A stretch of 64,000 nucleotides of DNA from an uncultured delta proteobacterium (GCA_963712115.1 CAVQGX010000042.1:32001-96000); one strand, 5' to 3'. Shown: positions 19,346 to 30,606, numbered from the stretch's first letter. Notes: generated by a model not told the origin, from the letters alone. Numbers and translations are program-made.

Positions 19346-19544
19346 GTCCGTGGTCCGTAGTCCGTTGCACCTCACTGCGTTCGCCGTAAAGCGAAGAGCG
19401 CCAAGCGCATAGGGTTAAAGCGAGAAAGGGCCAAGGCGAGATAGGAAAGAGAACGACTTTTCTTGCTTTTCCCGCTTTTCTCGCCCATACACGCTCTGCG
19501 CTATGCGAGTTTAAGCAACGGACTACAGACGACGGACCACGGAC
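19346..19544. repeat. Nested inverted heptamer arms (outer GTCCGTN/NACGGAC, inner GCGCATA/TATGCGC)
   Basis: gtccgtg gtccgta gtccgtt ... gcaacggactacagacgacggaccacggac, enclosing gcgccaagcgcatag ... cgctctgcgctatgcg. Confidence 0.85.
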
Positions 19545-19554
19545 ATCCCCAAAC

Positions 19555-19580
19555 AAAAAAGGGCGAGAATGAACTCGCCC
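19555..19580 (-). terminator. Intrinsic terminator of the nuo operon
   Basis: GGGCGAG-6nt-CTCGCCC stem with A6 on + strand (U6 on -). Confidence 0.75.
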
Positions 19581-19611
19581 CATACCTTTGCCTGATTTTT
19601 GAGGTGCGCGA

Positions 19612-20355
19612 TTATTCCTCGCTTTCTTTCTTTGTTTCCTCTTCCTCCACTTCCTTTGCCAGCCCCTCACAAACTCCAGCCGGGCATACCTTCTGGTCTA
19701 CGTGTTTCTCGAACTCAGAGCGGAAATGCTTGAGGATGGTAACTACAGGATCACTGGTCGTCCTGGCAAAGTCGCAGTAGGGGGCATCCTGCATGGCCCT
19801 GCAAACCAGATCAAGCCTTTGGAGATCCTCCGGCTCACCCTTTCCTCCAATGATGCGCTCCAGGATTTCACGTAGCTCTAGCGAACCAACCCGGCAGGGT
19901 ACGCATTTACCACAGGAGACACCCTCCTCAAATTGTAGAAAGTACTGGGCGACCTTAACCATGCAGAAGCTATCGTCAATGGTGGCGATGAACCCGGATC
20001 GGTCGTATAAAATTCTCCCGGAGGTAGCTTTCAAGGGATCAATGTGCAGGAGATCAAAAAGGATGTGGCCTTGGGCCAAGGTGCCACTTACCACTTCTCT
20101 GGCCTTCTTTCCATCAACCTGCTCATAGAAAAAGCCCCTTTGGGGAAAGCCCACCAGAGCCCCGTAAGGACAGTCACCGTTGCAGCCAACCTTCATAGTA
20201 CCAACGGTCAATCCCAGATTGATGGCGGCGATCTCTTCTTCCAGCACCCTGCGAACCTCTTCACAGTCACACGTACAGGTGTCAGAGGGTGCGCAGATTG
20301 TTATACAGGCTCGCTGTTCATTGGCTTGGCAAAAGTTTGGGACTTGAGGTTCCAT
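19612..20355 (-). CDS. Thioredoxin-like [2Fe-2S] domain fused to NuoF/HydB C-terminal [4Fe-4S] domain; FMN/NADH-binding core absent
   Basis: ITIC...VGCNGDCPYGALV..FYEQV, then FCMVKVAQYFLQF..SCGKCVPCRVG...C..HVDQKVCPAGVC; only 247 aa, no GRGGAGF or NADEGDPG motifs. Confidence 0.85.
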   Translation of the reverse strand: MEPQVPNFCQANEQRACITICAPSDTCTCDCEEVRRVLEEEIAAINLGLTVGTMKVGCNGDCPYGALVGFPQRGFFYEQVDGKKAREVVSGTLAQGHILFDLLHIDPLKATSGRILYDRSGFIATIDDSFCMVKVAQYFLQFEEGVSCGKCVPCRVGSLELREILERIIGGKGEPEDLQRLDLVCRAMQDAPYCDFARTTSDPVVTILKHFRSEFEKHVDQKVCPAGVCEGLAKEVEEEETKKESEE

Positions 20356-20370
20356 TCTACTTCGCTCTAG

Positions 20371-20414
20371 TTAATTTTAGGCATTTTAGACACTTTAGGC
20401 ACTTTAGCTCACTT
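20371..20414. repeat. Four-unit nonamer tract (TTTAGRCAY) inside the nuo operon
   Basis: tttaggcat tttagacac tttaggcac tttagctca; same module near 12886, 37574 (inverted) and 62682. Confidence 0.85.
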
Positions 20415-20420
20415 ACCCAT

Positions 20421-21842
20421 CTACATCAACATTCTGGCCGCTGCTCTGGCCACCTCAAGCAAATGATGGGGAAAAACTCCAAACACCACCATCAAGGCTA
20501 CCAGCGCTCCGGTGAGTACCTTTGTCGGTATGGAAACTGGAAGCCGGGGCTGCTCCACATCAGGCTCCATGAGATATGCTGCTTTCACCACCATGATGTA
20601 GTAGTAAAGAGAAATGGTGGCATTGACCATAGCGATAATAACCAGGGTGATATAGCCCTTCTCCATAGCTGCGGCGAATACCAAGAATTTTCCGGTAAAT
20701 CCTATTGTAGGCGGAATCCCTGCCAGCCCGAAAACAGCCAGCATCAGGGCCATGGCCAATATGGGCGAGCGGCGATGCAGCCCTGCCAGTTGAGCAATCT
20801 TCAGATCACTGCCGTCCTGGGCAACTTTAACAACCACCAGGAAACAGCAAAGATTCATCACCAGATAGGCCAGGGCATAGAATATGGCACTGGCATAACC
20901 AGTTTGGCTCATACTGAGAATTCCGATGAGCACATAGCCTGCATGGGAAATACTTGAATAGGCCAAAAGACGCTTCATGTCCTTTTGCACAATGGCAACC
21001 AGATTCCCCAGGGTCATGGAGGCAATGGAAAGGGTTACCAGCACATCCACCAGATATTTACTGTTGCCACCGACAAGAGACACCATTCTCATGATAATGG
21101 CAACAGCCGCCACTTTAGAGGCGGAGGCAATGTAGGCGGTTACCTGGTTGGCAGCTCCCTGGTAAACATCAGGAGCCCAGAAATGGAAGGGAAAGACGGC
21201 CAACTTGAAAAAGAAACCACACAGGACAAGAAGTAGGCCCACGATTGCAGCCGGATTACTGATAACATTGGGGAGGACATTGATAATGTCTACCACGTAG
21301 GTAGTATGGGTTACCCCGAAGATAAAAGAGAGGCCAAAGAGCATAACTGCTGAAGAGGTAGCCCCCACCATGAGATATTTGATGCCGGCCTCCACATCGA
21401 TTCCGTGTCCCCGGCGCAAAGGCACCAGAATGTAAAGTGAATAACTGGAGAGCTCCAAGGCGACATAGATGGTCAAAAGCTCCACACTGCTCACCAGCAT
21501 CATCATCGCCAAGGTGCAGGTGGTGAGGAATAGATAAAACTCGGGGTGGTGTCGCTCCTCTATGCCGTTAAGCTCTGTGCAGAGGCAGATAACCAAGAAG
21601 AAGCCCATGGCCAGCATCACTTTGAAAACCTGGGAAAAAAGGTCGACCCGATAGGCCTCGAAAAATAGGGTTCCCTCCAGTTTTACCGAAGCCAGAGCTA
21701 CAACAACCCCTACTGAAGCCAAGAGAAGTGCCGCGAAGTAGTCACGCCTGGGATTGGGGCGGGCAACCATTGCCAAGCCAAAGAAGACGACACCCATCAA
21801 CAAACAGTAAAGCTCAGGAATAAATAGAATCCACAATTTCAT
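20421..21842 (-). CDS. nuoN: Complex I subunit N
   Basis: [40 protein letters not shown]. Confidence 0.95.
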   Translation of the reverse strand: MKLWILFIPELYCLLMGVVFFGLAMVARPNPRRDYFAALLLASVGVVVALASVKLEGTLFFEAYRVDLFSQVFKVMLAMGFFLVICLCTELNGIEERHHPEFYLFLTTCTLAMMMLVSSVELLTIYVALELSSYSLYILVPLRRGHGIDVEAGIKYLMVGATSSAVMLFGLSFIFGVTHTTYVVDIINVLPNVISNPAAIVGLLLVLCGFFFKLAVFPFHFWAPDVYQGAANQVTAYIASASKVAAVAIIMRMVSLVGGNSKYLVDVLVTLSIASMTLGNLVAIVQKDMKRLLAYSSISHAGYVLIGILSMSQTGYASAIFYALAYLVMNLCCFLVVVKVAQDGSDLKIAQLAGLHRRSPILAMALMLAVFGLAGIPPTIGFTGKFLVFAAAMEKGYITLVIIAMVNATISLYYYIMVVKAAYLMEPDVEQPRLPVSIPTKVLTGALVALMVVFGVFPHHLLEVARAAARMLM

Positions 21843-23320
21843 TACGGCAACCCGTTAATAAAGGGAATTGAAGCGACCTGTATCACATCAAGCATTACTG
21901 ATGGGAAAAGGCCGAAAAAGACAATTACCGCAACCAGGATCATCCTGGGAATACCCAGGCCGAATGTGACATCGGGCAGGTGGTCGAATTCCTCTCTTTT
22001 CTCACCATAAAAGGTTCGCTGTACCACCCGCAACATGAACAGGGCACTAACCACCAGGCCACAGATGGCCAGAGCACCCCGAATCGGGTAAGTCTTAAAA
22101 GCAGCGATAAAGACAAGTAGTTCCGCCCAGAAGCTGGCCAGACAGGGCACGCCGATTCCTGCCAGCGCGGCTACAATGAAATAACCCGAGGCAATGGGCA
22201 TTGTTCTGCTCATACCGCCCAGCTCCGGAATCATCTTGGTGTGGGTCTTATCGTAGATATAGCCCACGGCGGAAAACAAGAGTGCAGTCATGACCCCGTG
22301 GGCGAACATCTGAAACACCGCACCATTCAGGCCATCTACCGTGACCGTGGCCAATCCCAGACCAACGATACCCATATGAGACACACTGGAGTAGCCAATG
22401 ACGTACTTGAGGTCCGTCTGGGCCAGCCCCACGAAAGCACCGTAGACGATGCCGCAGGTGGCCAGCACCGCCATGAGTTGGGCCCAGTACTGCCAGCCCT
22501 CGGGGCAGAGGAATATGGCCACGCGCAAAACCCCAAAAGCCCCCAGCTTCATAAGCACGCCGGCGTGAATCATGCTCACTGCAGTGGGCGCGGCCACGTG
22601 TCCCACCGGAGACCAGGTGTGGAAGGGCCACACACCCGCCAAGATGCCGAAACCGAGATAGAGTAGGATGAAGGCAAATTTCTGTTGGAATGGAGTAAAA
22701 GTGCCCGGTTGCATAAGAGCGACTACATCGAAGGTGTTGAGACCCGAATTCACGAAGAGATAAAGGATGCCGGGCAGAATCAGAGCACTTCCCGCCAACA
22801 GATAAAGGGTAAGCTTCATGGCGCCGTATTCTTTGCGGGTGCTGCCCCAGATGGCAATGAGCGGATACATGGGGAAGAGAGAGACATCATACCAGACAAA
22901 AATGAAAAAGAGATCCATGCTCATAAAAACGCCGAAGACCCCGGCAACCAGCAGGAAGGTGAAAGCGAAAAACTCCTTAACCCGGGTCTCCAGCTCCCAC
23001 ATGGTGAGAACTCCGGTAAAGAGCACAATGCCTGTAAGCATCAACATGGGAAGGCTGAAGCCGTCAACCGCATTGAAATAATAGATGCCCAGTGATTTGA
23101 CCCACAGGACTTTCTCGACAAATTGGAGACCTCCCTGGGTCTTGTCATAGGCGAAAAAGAGGTAGATGGAGAGCACCATGGTAATCCCGGAGGAGACCAG
23201 GCTAACCCACTTGATCAGCATCTTACGCTCATCTGGAATAAAAAGGATCACCAGCAGGCCCACCACACAACTCAAGAGGATGGCGGTAAGATAGGGAAAA
23301 TTGGCAAACTCCATACTCAT
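21842..23320 (-). CDS. nuoM: Complex I subunit M
   Basis: [29 protein letters not shown]. Confidence 0.95.
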   Translation of the reverse strand: MSMEFANFPYLTAILLSCVVGLLVILFIPDERKMLIKWVSLVSSGITMVLSIYLFFAYDKTQGGLQFVEKVLWVKSLGIYYFNAVDGFSLPMLMLTGIVLFTGVLTMWELETRVKEFFAFTFLLVAGVFGVFMSMDLFFIFVWYDVSLFPMYPLIAIWGSTRKEYGAMKLTLYLLAGSALILPGILYLFVNSGLNTFDVVALMQPGTFTPFQQKFAFILLYLGFGILAGVWPFHTWSPVGHVAAPTAVSMIHAGVLMKLGAFGVLRVAIFLCPEGWQYWAQLMAVLATCGIVYGAFVGLAQTDLKYVIGYSSVSHMGIVGLGLATVTVDGLNGAVFQMFAHGVMTALLFSAVGYIYDKTHTKMIPELGGMSRTMPIASGYFIVAALAGIGVPCLASFWAELLVFIAAFKTYPIRGALAICGLVVSALFMLRVVQRTFYGEKREEFDHLPDVTFGLGIPRMILVAVIVFFGLFPSVMLDVIQVASIPFINGLP

Positions 23321-23332
23321 GTGCCCTTAACC

Positions 23333-25246
23333 TTAGAAGAAGAAGTAAAGTGCCACCAGGGCCAGCACAGCAAACATCACCATTAAATTGTACTGGAGCA
23401 TTCCCGACTGCAGGAAGGAAAGCGCCCAGCCACTGCCAACTGTGGCCCTGCAAATTCCGTCGATGCCGCCGTCGATCACCCGGCGGTCGTTTCTGGTAAA
23501 CAGGTTAGAGACAATTCCGTAGATGAAATAATCGAGAAAGCGTCGATAGAAATGGTCAATGTACCAGCGGTTAGCAAAAAGAGCGCTGATTGGCTCTACC
23601 TTTTCGATAAAACCCACCTGGGAGGCCCCTTTGCGGCCAAACTCGAGCCAGGCCAGACCCACACCTGACAAGGCCAAGCCCACTGCTACATAAAGCAACC
23701 AGGCGTGGTGACCACCGTGAGCCTCACTACCACCGTGATGGCCAACCAGGAAATTCTCTAGAGGAGTCTGGAAGAAACCGAGCACCAGGGTGACAGAAGC
23801 AAGGATGATAAGAGGCCAAGCCATCACCCAGTAAATACCAGCATGATGATGGCCACCATCGTGTCCATGACCATGGCCGCCATGCTCCCCGTGGTGGGCT
23901 TTTTCGATCTTGTTTGGAAAGAGAATAGCAAAAATTAGTCGGAAGGAATAATAGGCGGTCAGAAAAGCACCCAACAACCCTGCCCACAGCCAGACGGGAT
24001 TGTGGAGTCCGGCCAAGCCGCCCATGATCGCCTCTTTGCTGAAAAAGCCGGAAAGCGGCGGCAGGCCAGACAAGGCTGCCGCGGCCAAGGTAATACACAC
24101 CATTGGTACTTTAAGGCCACGCCCCCCCTTTTTACCCATTTCGAAAAAATCGTTGGTTTCAAACTCGTGGATAAAAACTCCCGAGCAGAGAAAGAGCAAG
24201 GCCTTGAACCCGGCATGGGTGGTCAGATGAAAAATCCCGGCGAAATAACTGCCCGCTGCCAGTCCCATGACCATGAAACCGAGCTGGCTGATGGTGGAGT
24301 AGGCCCAGACCTGTTTGATGTCCCTGGTCACCATGGCCATGGTGGAGGCCAGTAGCATTGTAATGGTGCCGATGGCCAGGAATGTGGTCATGGCGGCGTC
24401 CGAATTGCTGAAAAAGGGGAAAATCCGGGCGAACATGTAAACCCCTGCCGCCACCATGGTGGCCGAGTGAAGCAGGGCACTAACAGGGGTGGGACCTTCC
24501 ATAGCATCGGGCAACCAGGTGAGCAAGGGGAACTGGGCGCTCTTGCCGGCAACGCCACCGAAAATCAATATAGCGCAAAGGGTTATCAAGGCTGGTGACA
24601 TACGCGCGGTCACATCAACGGAGTTCATATCCAGGATATTAAGGTTGCCGAAATTAAACAACACCAGAAGCAGTCCAAGGAAAAAGGCAATATCCCCGAA
24701 ACGGGTCATAACAAATGCCTTTTTACCCGCCTCTGAGGCGCTGAACTTTTCATAGTAAAAGCCGATGAGCAGATAGGAGGCCAGTCCCACCAACTCCCAG
24801 AAAACGTAAAATTGCAGCATGGTGGGCGCTATGCTCATGGTCATCATGGCCCAAGCGAAAAGGGACTGGAAGGCATAGTAGCGGGCAAACCCCGGATCTC
24901 CTGCCATGTAGCCTAAAGAGTAGACCTGAACTAAGAATGAGATAACCGCAACAATGGTGAGCATCAAAAGACTGAGTTGGTCCAGCAGAAATCCGAATGG
25001 AATGTAAATATCCCCTGAGATCATCCACTTGGCGGTGTACTGTATGGGTTTTTCCAAGTGCCAATGACTGCCGAGAAGGAAAAGTGCGCAAGAGAGGGAG
25101 ACACTCACAGCTGCAATGGACAGAGCGGCCGACAGTTTCGGATATGGCCGGGTGAAGATCATGATCAAGGCAAAAGTGACGAAAGGCAGCAGTGCTGCCA
25201 GTGCGGCAGCCATCAGAGTTGGATCTTGGAACCAGGAAGAGGTCAT
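23333..25246 (-). CDS. nuoL: Complex I subunit L
   Basis: GKSAQFPLLTWLPDAMEGPTPVSALLHSATMV, AYSTISQLG. Confidence 0.96.
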   Translation of the reverse strand: MTSSWFQDPTLMAAALAALLPFVTFALIMIFTRPYPKLSAALSIAAVSVSLSCALFLLGSHWHLEKPIQYTAKWMISGDIYIPFGFLLDQLSLLMLTIVAVISFLVQVYSLGYMAGDPGFARYYAFQSLFAWAMMTMSIAPTMLQFYVFWELVGLASYLLIGFYYEKFSASEAGKKAFVMTRFGDIAFFLGLLLVLFNFGNLNILDMNSVDVTARMSPALITLCAILIFGGVAGKSAQFPLLTWLPDAMEGPTPVSALLHSATMVAAGVYMFARIFPFFSNSDAAMTTFLAIGTITMLLASTMAMVTRDIKQVWAYSTISQLGFMVMGLAAGSYFAGIFHLTTHAGFKALLFLCSGVFIHEFETNDFFEMGKKGGRGLKVPMVCITLAAAALSGLPPLSGFFSKEAIMGGLAGLHNPVWLWAGLLGAFLTAYYSFRLIFAILFPNKIEKAHHGEHGGHGHGHDGGHHHAGIYWVMAWPLIILASVTLVLGFFQTPLENFLVGHHGGSEAHGGHHAWLLYVAVGLALSGVGLAWLEFGRKGASQVGFIEKVEPISALFANRWYIDHFYRRFLDYFIYGIVSNLFTRNDRRVIDGGIDGICRATVGSGWALSFLQSGMLQYNLMVMFAVLALVALYFFF

Positions 25247-25248
25247 GG

Positions 25249-25557
25249 TTAGCCTCGTAGTTCTTGGGCCCGCTCGATGTTAATGGAGCGGAGCCTGCGG
25301 AATAAAGCCACTATGATACTAAGGGCAATGGCCGCCTCAGCTGCTGCAATGCCCATAATGAATAAAGTATATATCTGACCGACAATCGGATCAGGTGCCA
25401 AAAATCGGTTGAATGCCATGAAATTTATGCTGGCGGCGTTAAGCATGAGTTCGATGGCGATGAGCATACCGATGAGGGAACGGCGCTGGAATACACCGAA
25501 AATCCCGAGACTGAACAGCAAAGCCGCTATAAAAAGATAGGAATAGAGACTGTTCAC
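25249..25557 (-). CDS. nuoK: Complex I subunit K
   Basis: IELMLNAA, AAAEAAIAL. Confidence 0.95.
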   Translation of the reverse strand: MNSLYSYLFIAALLFSLGIFGVFQRRSLIGMLIAIELMLNAASINFMAFNRFLAPDPIVGQIYTLFIMGIAAAEAAIALSIIVALFRRLRSINIERAQELRG

Positions 25558-26090
25558 GACGGCCTCCTGCGGGCATAACCGGAAATTACAATGGCGCCGA
25601 GGATTGCCACTAACAGCACCAAAGAGATTGCTTCAAAAACCAGGTCGTACCGGGTAAGTAGATAATGACCCAGGGTAGTCACCGACCAATCACTGCTGCG
25701 ACTCGCGGCCGGCTGCCAGGGGGTGCGGCTTACAATCCCAGCCAACATAATGAAAACCGCCGCACCTACTGCCGCAGCTAACCCCACCTTGGGCAAACGC
25801 CGTTTGGGGACACTCAGGTGAAGGGGTCTGGACAGCATGATCGCGAAGATAATGGAGATACAAATTGCTCCCACGTAAATGAGCAGCTGCATGAGCGCAA
25901 TGAATGGGCTTCCCAGGTAAACGAAAAGGCCGGCCACCCCGGTGAGGCAGACAATGAGGCCCAAGATATTGTAGAGTATGTTCCGCGGGAATACCGCTAT
26001 AAGGGCTCCGGCAAAAGTAAGTGCAACTACGGCGGCAAAGCCTGCCTGAGCTAGAAGCTGTGGTTGGATAAGGCTCTGAACCGAGTTCAT
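25554..26090 (-). CDS. nuoJ: Complex I subunit J (start ATG 26090, ATGA overlap with nuoI stop)
   Basis: QLLIYVGAI, FEAISLVLLVAILGAIV. Confidence 0.93.
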   Translation of the reverse strand: MNSVQSLIQPQLLAQAGFAAVVALTFAGALIAVFPRNILYNILGLIVCLTGVAGLFVYLGSPFIALMQLLIYVGAICISIIFAIMLSRPLHLSVPKRRLPKVGLAAAVGAAVFIMLAGIVSRTPWQPAASRSSDWSVTTLGHYLLTRYDLVFEAISLVLLVAILGAIVISGYARRRPS

Positions 26091-26524
26091 GCCGACTCCT
26101 CCAACCGCTGAAGGAGGTCCACCACCCCGCCCCAACGGCTATAATGTGCTAAATCGTATTCGTCTGAAAATTTCAGAGTCTGGGTGGGACAGTTGGCCAC
26201 ACACAGACCACAGAGACTGCAATGAGAAAAATCGATAAAATATAGGCTGGCTCGTTTTTCGCTGTGGGTATGAGTCTTTTCGCCCTGAACCTTGATCACA
26301 TTGGTAGGGCAGAATCGCATGCAAGTACCACAGGCAACGCAATTATGGGTGCCGGTTTCTGGGAAGCTCTTAAACTCAATATGCCCTCGGTAGGCGGGGC
26401 TCATATCCAGATATTTCCGGGGGTATTGGACCGTAACCACAGGCCGATAGATACGCCGGATAGTAACCGACATCCCTGCGATCAGGCTCCAGCCACCCAG
26501 CAAAATGTCTTTGATCATACCCAT
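26087..26524 (-). CDS. nuoI: Complex I subunit I (2x[4Fe-4S])
   Basis: VTVQYP, CVACGTCMRFCP, CSLCGLCVANCP. Confidence 0.93.
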   Translation of the reverse strand: MGMIKDILLGGWSLIAGMSVTIRRIYRPVVTVQYPRKYLDMSPAYRGHIEFKSFPETGTHNCVACGTCMRFCPTNVIKVQGEKTHTHSEKRASLYFIDFSHCSLCGLCVANCPTQTLKFSDEYDLAHYSRWGGVVDLLQRLEESA

Positions 26525-26576
26525 AAGAGATTTAGCTCCGCTCAGTTCTACATTTCAAACGCGCCGTTGCGTTATT

Positions 26577-26734
26577 AAATCCGAATATCGAATTTCGAAA
26601 TCCCAAACAAATTCAAATTTCAAAATCCAAATGACCAAAACTTTAGTCGAGTCTCTTGGGCTATTTTCCTTTTGAACATTGGAAAATTAGGATTTTGAAT
26701 TTGTTTAGTGCTTCGTGCTTCGGATTTAGAATTT
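26577..26734. repeat. Family-A inverted heptamer-arm element between nuoH and nuoI
   Basis: Right arm 26670-26734 matches the reverse complement of 46792-46856 at 60/65 nt (hand count). Confidence 0.9.
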
Positions 26735-26797
26735 CAGACGACCTACTGCCAGATCGCAACGCTTCTAGTTAACTGAAAACTCTTGCTATGTTGCAAG

Positions 26798-27802
26798 CTA
26801 ACGCAATAATTTTATGATCCCGGCATAGACGATCAGATGAAGCAGTGCCGCCGGAATCATGATCTTCCAACAGAAGTTCATGAGCTGATCGAATCGCAGC
26901 CGTGGGAAAGTCCAACGTACCCAGATTACAACAAAGATCAGCACATACGTCTTGGCCAAAAACCAAATCAGACCAGGCACCGGCAGAAACCCGAGAAAAG
27001 GCAAGGGTTTCCAGCCACCAAAGAACAGAGTGGTTGCCACCGCCGCCACAATAAGCATATTGGAATACTCAGCCAAGAAAAACAGGGCGAAACGCATTCC
27101 ACCGTATTCCGTGTGAAACCCTGCCACCAGTTCTGATTCCGCCTCGGGGATGTCGAAAGGCGCCCGGTTAGTCTCAGCCGTGGCGCAAATAAGATAAATC
27201 AGTGCGGCCACCGGCATCCAAAAAACGTTCCACACGGTAGACTGTGACTCCACGATCTTAGACATTTGCAAGCTGTTAGACCAGAGGAGAGCGCTAAGGA
27301 CTGTAAGCAGCAAGGGAATTTCGTAAGCAATATTCTGGGCTACAGACCTGACGGCACCAAGCAAAGAATACTTGTTATTGGAAGCCCAACCACCTACGAG
27401 AATTGCCAGCACGTTAAAGGTGGAGAAGGCGAAGATTACGAGCAGCCCAACGTTTAAATCCCGGATCTGTAACTTTTCACTGAAAGGAATGACCACAAAG
27501 CTGACCAGCACCGGCAGGAATATAGCGACGGGCGCCAGCATGAAAAGTTTCTTGTCCACATGGCGCGGGGTGATGAGTTCCTTACTCATCAGTTTGACAC
27601 CGTCAACAATAGTCTGAAGAATACCAAAGGGCCCAACCTCTTTAGGACCTATGCGAAGTTGGATGTGAGCAGCGACCTTCCTTTCCAGCCAGACCAGGAA
27701 CAAAGCGTTGACCTGCACCAGCGCCAGGACACCTACCAACCCCACAATAATCACGGTCAAATCGGGACCGAGATAGTTTACCAGTTTTTGCCAGGCGGCC
27801 AT
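26798..27802 (-). CDS. nuoH: Complex I subunit H
   Basis: [48 protein letters not shown]. Confidence 0.97.
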   Translation of the reverse strand: MAAWQKLVNYLGPDLTVIIVGLVGVLALVQVNALFLVWLERKVAAHIQLRIGPKEVGPFGILQTIVDGVKLMSKELITPRHVDKKLFMLAPVAIFLPVLVSFVVIPFSEKLQIRDLNVGLLVIFAFSTFNVLAILVGGWASNNKYSLLGAVRSVAQNIAYEIPLLLTVLSALLWSNSLQMSKIVESQSTVWNVFWMPVAALIYLICATAETNRAPFDIPEAESELVAGFHTEYGGMRFALFFLAEYSNMLIVAAVATTLFFGGWKPLPFLGFLPVPGLIWFLAKTYVLIFVVIWVRWTFPRLRFDQLMNFCWKIMIPAALLHLIVYAGIIKLLR

Positions 27803-27821
27803 GCTTTTCTCCGCTTATATG

Positions 27822-28940
27822 CTAACGATCTACTTCAGGAACAACGATGTCAATGCTTCCCAGGATGGAGATAGTATCCGCTACCAGGGTTCCGGGGAGT
27901 ACATCTGTAAGGACTTGCAGGTTACCATAAGACGGGACCCGGGCTTTGAGTCGGTAGGGATAAGAGGTTCCGTCGCTCACTATGTAATAGCCCAGGGCAC
28001 CCCGGGCAGATTCGACTGCGAAGTAATAGTCTCCTTTAGGGGGTCTCACCTTGTGGGGCACCGCTGCCCTAAAAGGTCCCTCCGGCAACCTGTCCAGAGC
28101 CTGCTCGATAATGCGCAAGCTCTGCTCCATCTCCTGCAACCTGACCATATAGCGATCCAAGGCATCCCCAGTAGTGCCGGTGGGGATCTCGAAGTCAAAC
28201 TCGGAATAAACCGAATAGGGCTCTGCCCTCCGGATATCGTAAGCTACCCCGGCAGCTCTCAGGATTGGTCCGGTGCAGCCGAAGCGCAGGGCCAATTCAC
28301 GGTTGATCACCCCCACATCCTTGGCTCGATGAATAAAGATCACATTCTTGGTGACCAGGTTATGATAATCATCCCAGCGGCTCCGCAGACGGTCGATGAA
28401 TTTCCGTGTCGCCTCGATGAACTCGTCATCCACATCCTTGGCCACTCCGCCAAAACGGCAGTAGCTGTAGGTCAAACGGGAGCCGCTAACCCGGTCCAAA
28501 ATATCCAGGATGTTCTCCCGATCATCAAAAGAGTAAAGGAAGGGAGTGAAGCCGCCCAAATCCATGATATAGGTGCCGAACCACAGGAGGTGGCTGGAAA
28601 TGCGGTTCAGCTCGGCACAGATAACTCTGATGTATTCTGCCCGTGGTGGCGGCTCAATTCCCGCCATCTTTTCCACCGCAGCAACATAGCCATGGTTGTA
28701 AATCAGGCCTGCAAGGTAATCCATGCGGGAAGAGTTGGGGAGAAATTGCTCGTAGAGGTGGCTCTCCGCCATCTTCTCGTGGCCGCGGTGGCCGTAGCCG
28801 ATGATAGGGTCCGCCTCAACAATGTACTCGCCATCCAGTTTGAGGAAGAGCCTTAGGACCCCGTGAGTACTGGGATGCTGCGGCCCCATATTTAGATAAA
28901 AGGTCTGCTCGGTTATGGGCTCGAGGAACTCATTCGCCAT
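27822..28940 (-). CDS. nuoD: Complex I subunit D
   Basis: NMGPQHPSTHGVLRL, GYGHRGHEK, DIVVPEVDR; no NiFe-binding CxxC pairs. Confidence 0.96.
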   Translation of the reverse strand: MANEFLEPITEQTFYLNMGPQHPSTHGVLRLFLKLDGEYIVEADPIIGYGHRGHEKMAESHLYEQFLPNSSRMDYLAGLIYNHGYVAAVEKMAGIEPPPRAEYIRVICAELNRISSHLLWFGTYIMDLGGFTPFLYSFDDRENILDILDRVSGSRLTYSYCRFGGVAKDVDDEFIEATRKFIDRLRSRWDDYHNLVTKNVIFIHRAKDVGVINRELALRFGCTGPILRAAGVAYDIRRAEPYSVYSEFDFEIPTGTTGDALDRYMVRLQEMEQSLRIIEQALDRLPEGPFRAAVPHKVRPPKGDYYFAVESARGALGYYIVSDGTSYPYRLKARVPSYGNLQVLTDVLPGTLVADTISILGSIDIVVPEVDR

Positions 28941-29403
28941 AGATCTCTTCCGTGCTCCTAAAAGCGTGGACTTTGCCGTAGTCTTTCAAAAGTGGATGGA
29001 AGTCAGCATCCTCCGGCAGCAAAATGCGGCGCAGATCCGGGTGATTGTCGAAGCGAATGCCGTACAGATCGAAGACTTCCCGCTCGTACCAGAGAGCCGC
29101 ATCATAAACGGTGCTGATGGTAGGAACCGATTCATTTCGTACCAGTTGCACTCTTACCAACGCTCTGGCCACACTGGAAAAGGAGTTAAACTGGTAGAGA
29201 ATTTGGACCCCCTCGGTGAAGTCCGCCGCGGTGATGGATTCCAGGAAGCAATCGGCCTCGCGGGCTGCTTGGGCCAAAGCCTCCACCTCCTTGCCCTTGG
29301 CTTCGATCTCCAAGGAAAAACCGTCTTTCTCGTAGTCCCGCGACCGAATGTGCGCCGGATCAACGACCTTTGACAATTCTTCTTTTAAATCTTCTAAGGA
29401 CAT
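28930..29403 (-). CDS. nuoC: Complex I subunit C
   Basis: [31 protein letters not shown]. Confidence 0.94.
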   Translation of the reverse strand: MSLEDLKEELSKVVDPAHIRSRDYEKDGFSLEIEAKGKEVEALAQAAREADCFLESITAADFTEGVQILYQFNSFSSVARALVRVQLVRNESVPTISTVYDAALWYEREVFDLYGIRFDNHPDLRRILLPEDADFHPLLKDYGKVHAFRSTEEIYGE

Positions 29404-29884
29404 TACGTTTTTCGCCTTTGGTTATTAAGTCCTCTAAGGCCAGAAATCCCTGAATTAACCCCTCGGGTCGAGGTGGACAGCCGGGCACATAAACATCCAC
29501 AGGAACAATGAGATCAGCGCCTGGCACTATGGCATACTGACCATCGTATTCGAAAGGACCTCCTGAGATGGCGCAGTTGCCCATGGCAATACACCATTTC
29601 GGCGCGGGCATCTGCTCCCAAAGGGTAACTATAGTGGGGGCCATCTTCTTGGCAATGGTCCCCGCTACGATCATTAAGTCCGACTGCCGGGGTGAGGGGC
29701 GGAACACCCCTGCTCCGAAACGGTCCAGGTCGAAGCGACTGGCTCCGGCTGCCATCATTTCGATGGCGCAGCAGGCTAGACCGAAGGTCATAGGCCAAAG
29801 GGAATTGGCCCTACACAGGTTGAGTATCTCTTCTACAACCGCAAATTGCACCCGGGGGCCAGGGGCTAACTCCTTCTCTGCCAA
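29360..29884 (-). CDS. nuoB: Complex I subunit B
   Basis: [36 protein letters not shown]; TTG start. Confidence 0.96.
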   Translation of the reverse strand: MAEKELAPGPRVQFAVVEEILNLCRANSLWPMTFGLACCAIEMMAAGASRFDLDRFGAGVFRPSPRQSDLMIVAGTIAKKMAPTIVTLWEQMPAPKWCIAMGNCAISGGPFEYDGQYAIVPGADLIVPVDVYVPGCPPRPEGLIQGFLALEDLITKGEKRNVLRRFKRRIVKGR

Positions 29885-30246
29885 GTGAAAACTCCTTTAC
29901 GCCAGGCGTAGACAATGGCCAAGGACAGAATACCAATAAAGATAACAATCTCAATGAAATCGCGAATTACATATCCTTTGTCGTAGGCCAAAGCTACCGG
30001 AAAGAGGTAGAGAACGTCCACGTCGAAGGCAAGAAAGATCAAGGCATAAATATAATAAGCAACACTGAATTGTATCCAAGCACTACCAATGGCGGGCATG
30101 CCGCTTTCGTAAGTCTCCGCCCGCTTGACCCCGACGCTTCTGCCGCCAATCAACCACGAGATGATGATCGGCGTTATGGCGAAGATAATACCTACCAGCA
30201 AAAAAACTCCCACGTAGAGGAAGTCGTGCAAGACCTGAGCTGTCAT
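29866..30246 (-). CDS. nuoA: Complex I subunit A
   Basis: [24 protein letters not shown]. Confidence 0.94.
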   Translation of the reverse strand: MTAQVLHDFLYVGVFLLVGIIFAITPIIISWLIGGRSVGVKRAETYESGMPAIGSAWIQFSVAYYIYALIFLAFDVDVLYLFPVALAYDKGYVIRDFIEIVIFIGILSLAIVYAWRKGVFTWQRRS

Positions 30247-30371
30247 ACCTTACTCTCGTTTGTCTAGGGCCACCCGCGGGGGAACAGCCTCAAGCGTCAC
30301 CCATATTGTTCTTTGAACGGCATGCGAGGCGGGATTAGGTTACTTGGTGCTATTTGGCACAAACGACGTGA

Positions 30372-30400
30372 TTTGTAACAGAAATCCCTACGAGCGTCAA
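30372..30400 (-). promoter_or_regulatory. Candidate sigma-70 promoter of the nuo operon
   Basis: Minus strand TTGACG-17nt-TACAAA with TG extension. Confidence 0.45.
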
Positions 30401-30510
30401 GGATAAAAGATAAATTTTCTGACTTGCTGGGAGATTTGCCTAATTTCCTTTGCTAGTGGCTCTTGAGAGAAACTCCTTGCTTCCTTTTCCGGTGATTCCC
30501 CCTCCCTAAT

Positions 30511-30606
30511 ATTTAAGATTGAAGATTGCAGAATTCTAATTTTTAAATCTGTATTTTATTACCATAAATCCTAAATCCGAGATCCTAAATCCGAAATCCG
30601 AAATCG
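30511..30606. repeat. Inverted heptamer arms (AGATTKN / AAATCCK)
   Basis: atttaag attgaag attgcag ... aaatcct aaatccg agatcct aaatccg aaatccg aaatcg. Confidence 0.8.

Noticed and set aside
23700-23900. His/Gly-rich stretches in NuoL
   Set aside because: Common variable loops in NuoL; not unusual
27801-28856. 351-aa plus-strand ORF antisense to nuoD, and similar shadow ORFs
   Set aside because: Fully overlaps a conserved gene on the other strand and has no recognisable motifs
27822-28940. Group 4 [NiFe]-hydrogenase large subunit
   Set aside because: No N- or C-terminal CxxC Ni-binding motifs; has the quinone-site His and Tyr residues of NuoD
30262-30340. Riboswitch in the nuoA leader
   Set aside because: Only short stems (GCCTC/GAGGC) and no aptamer motif I recognise
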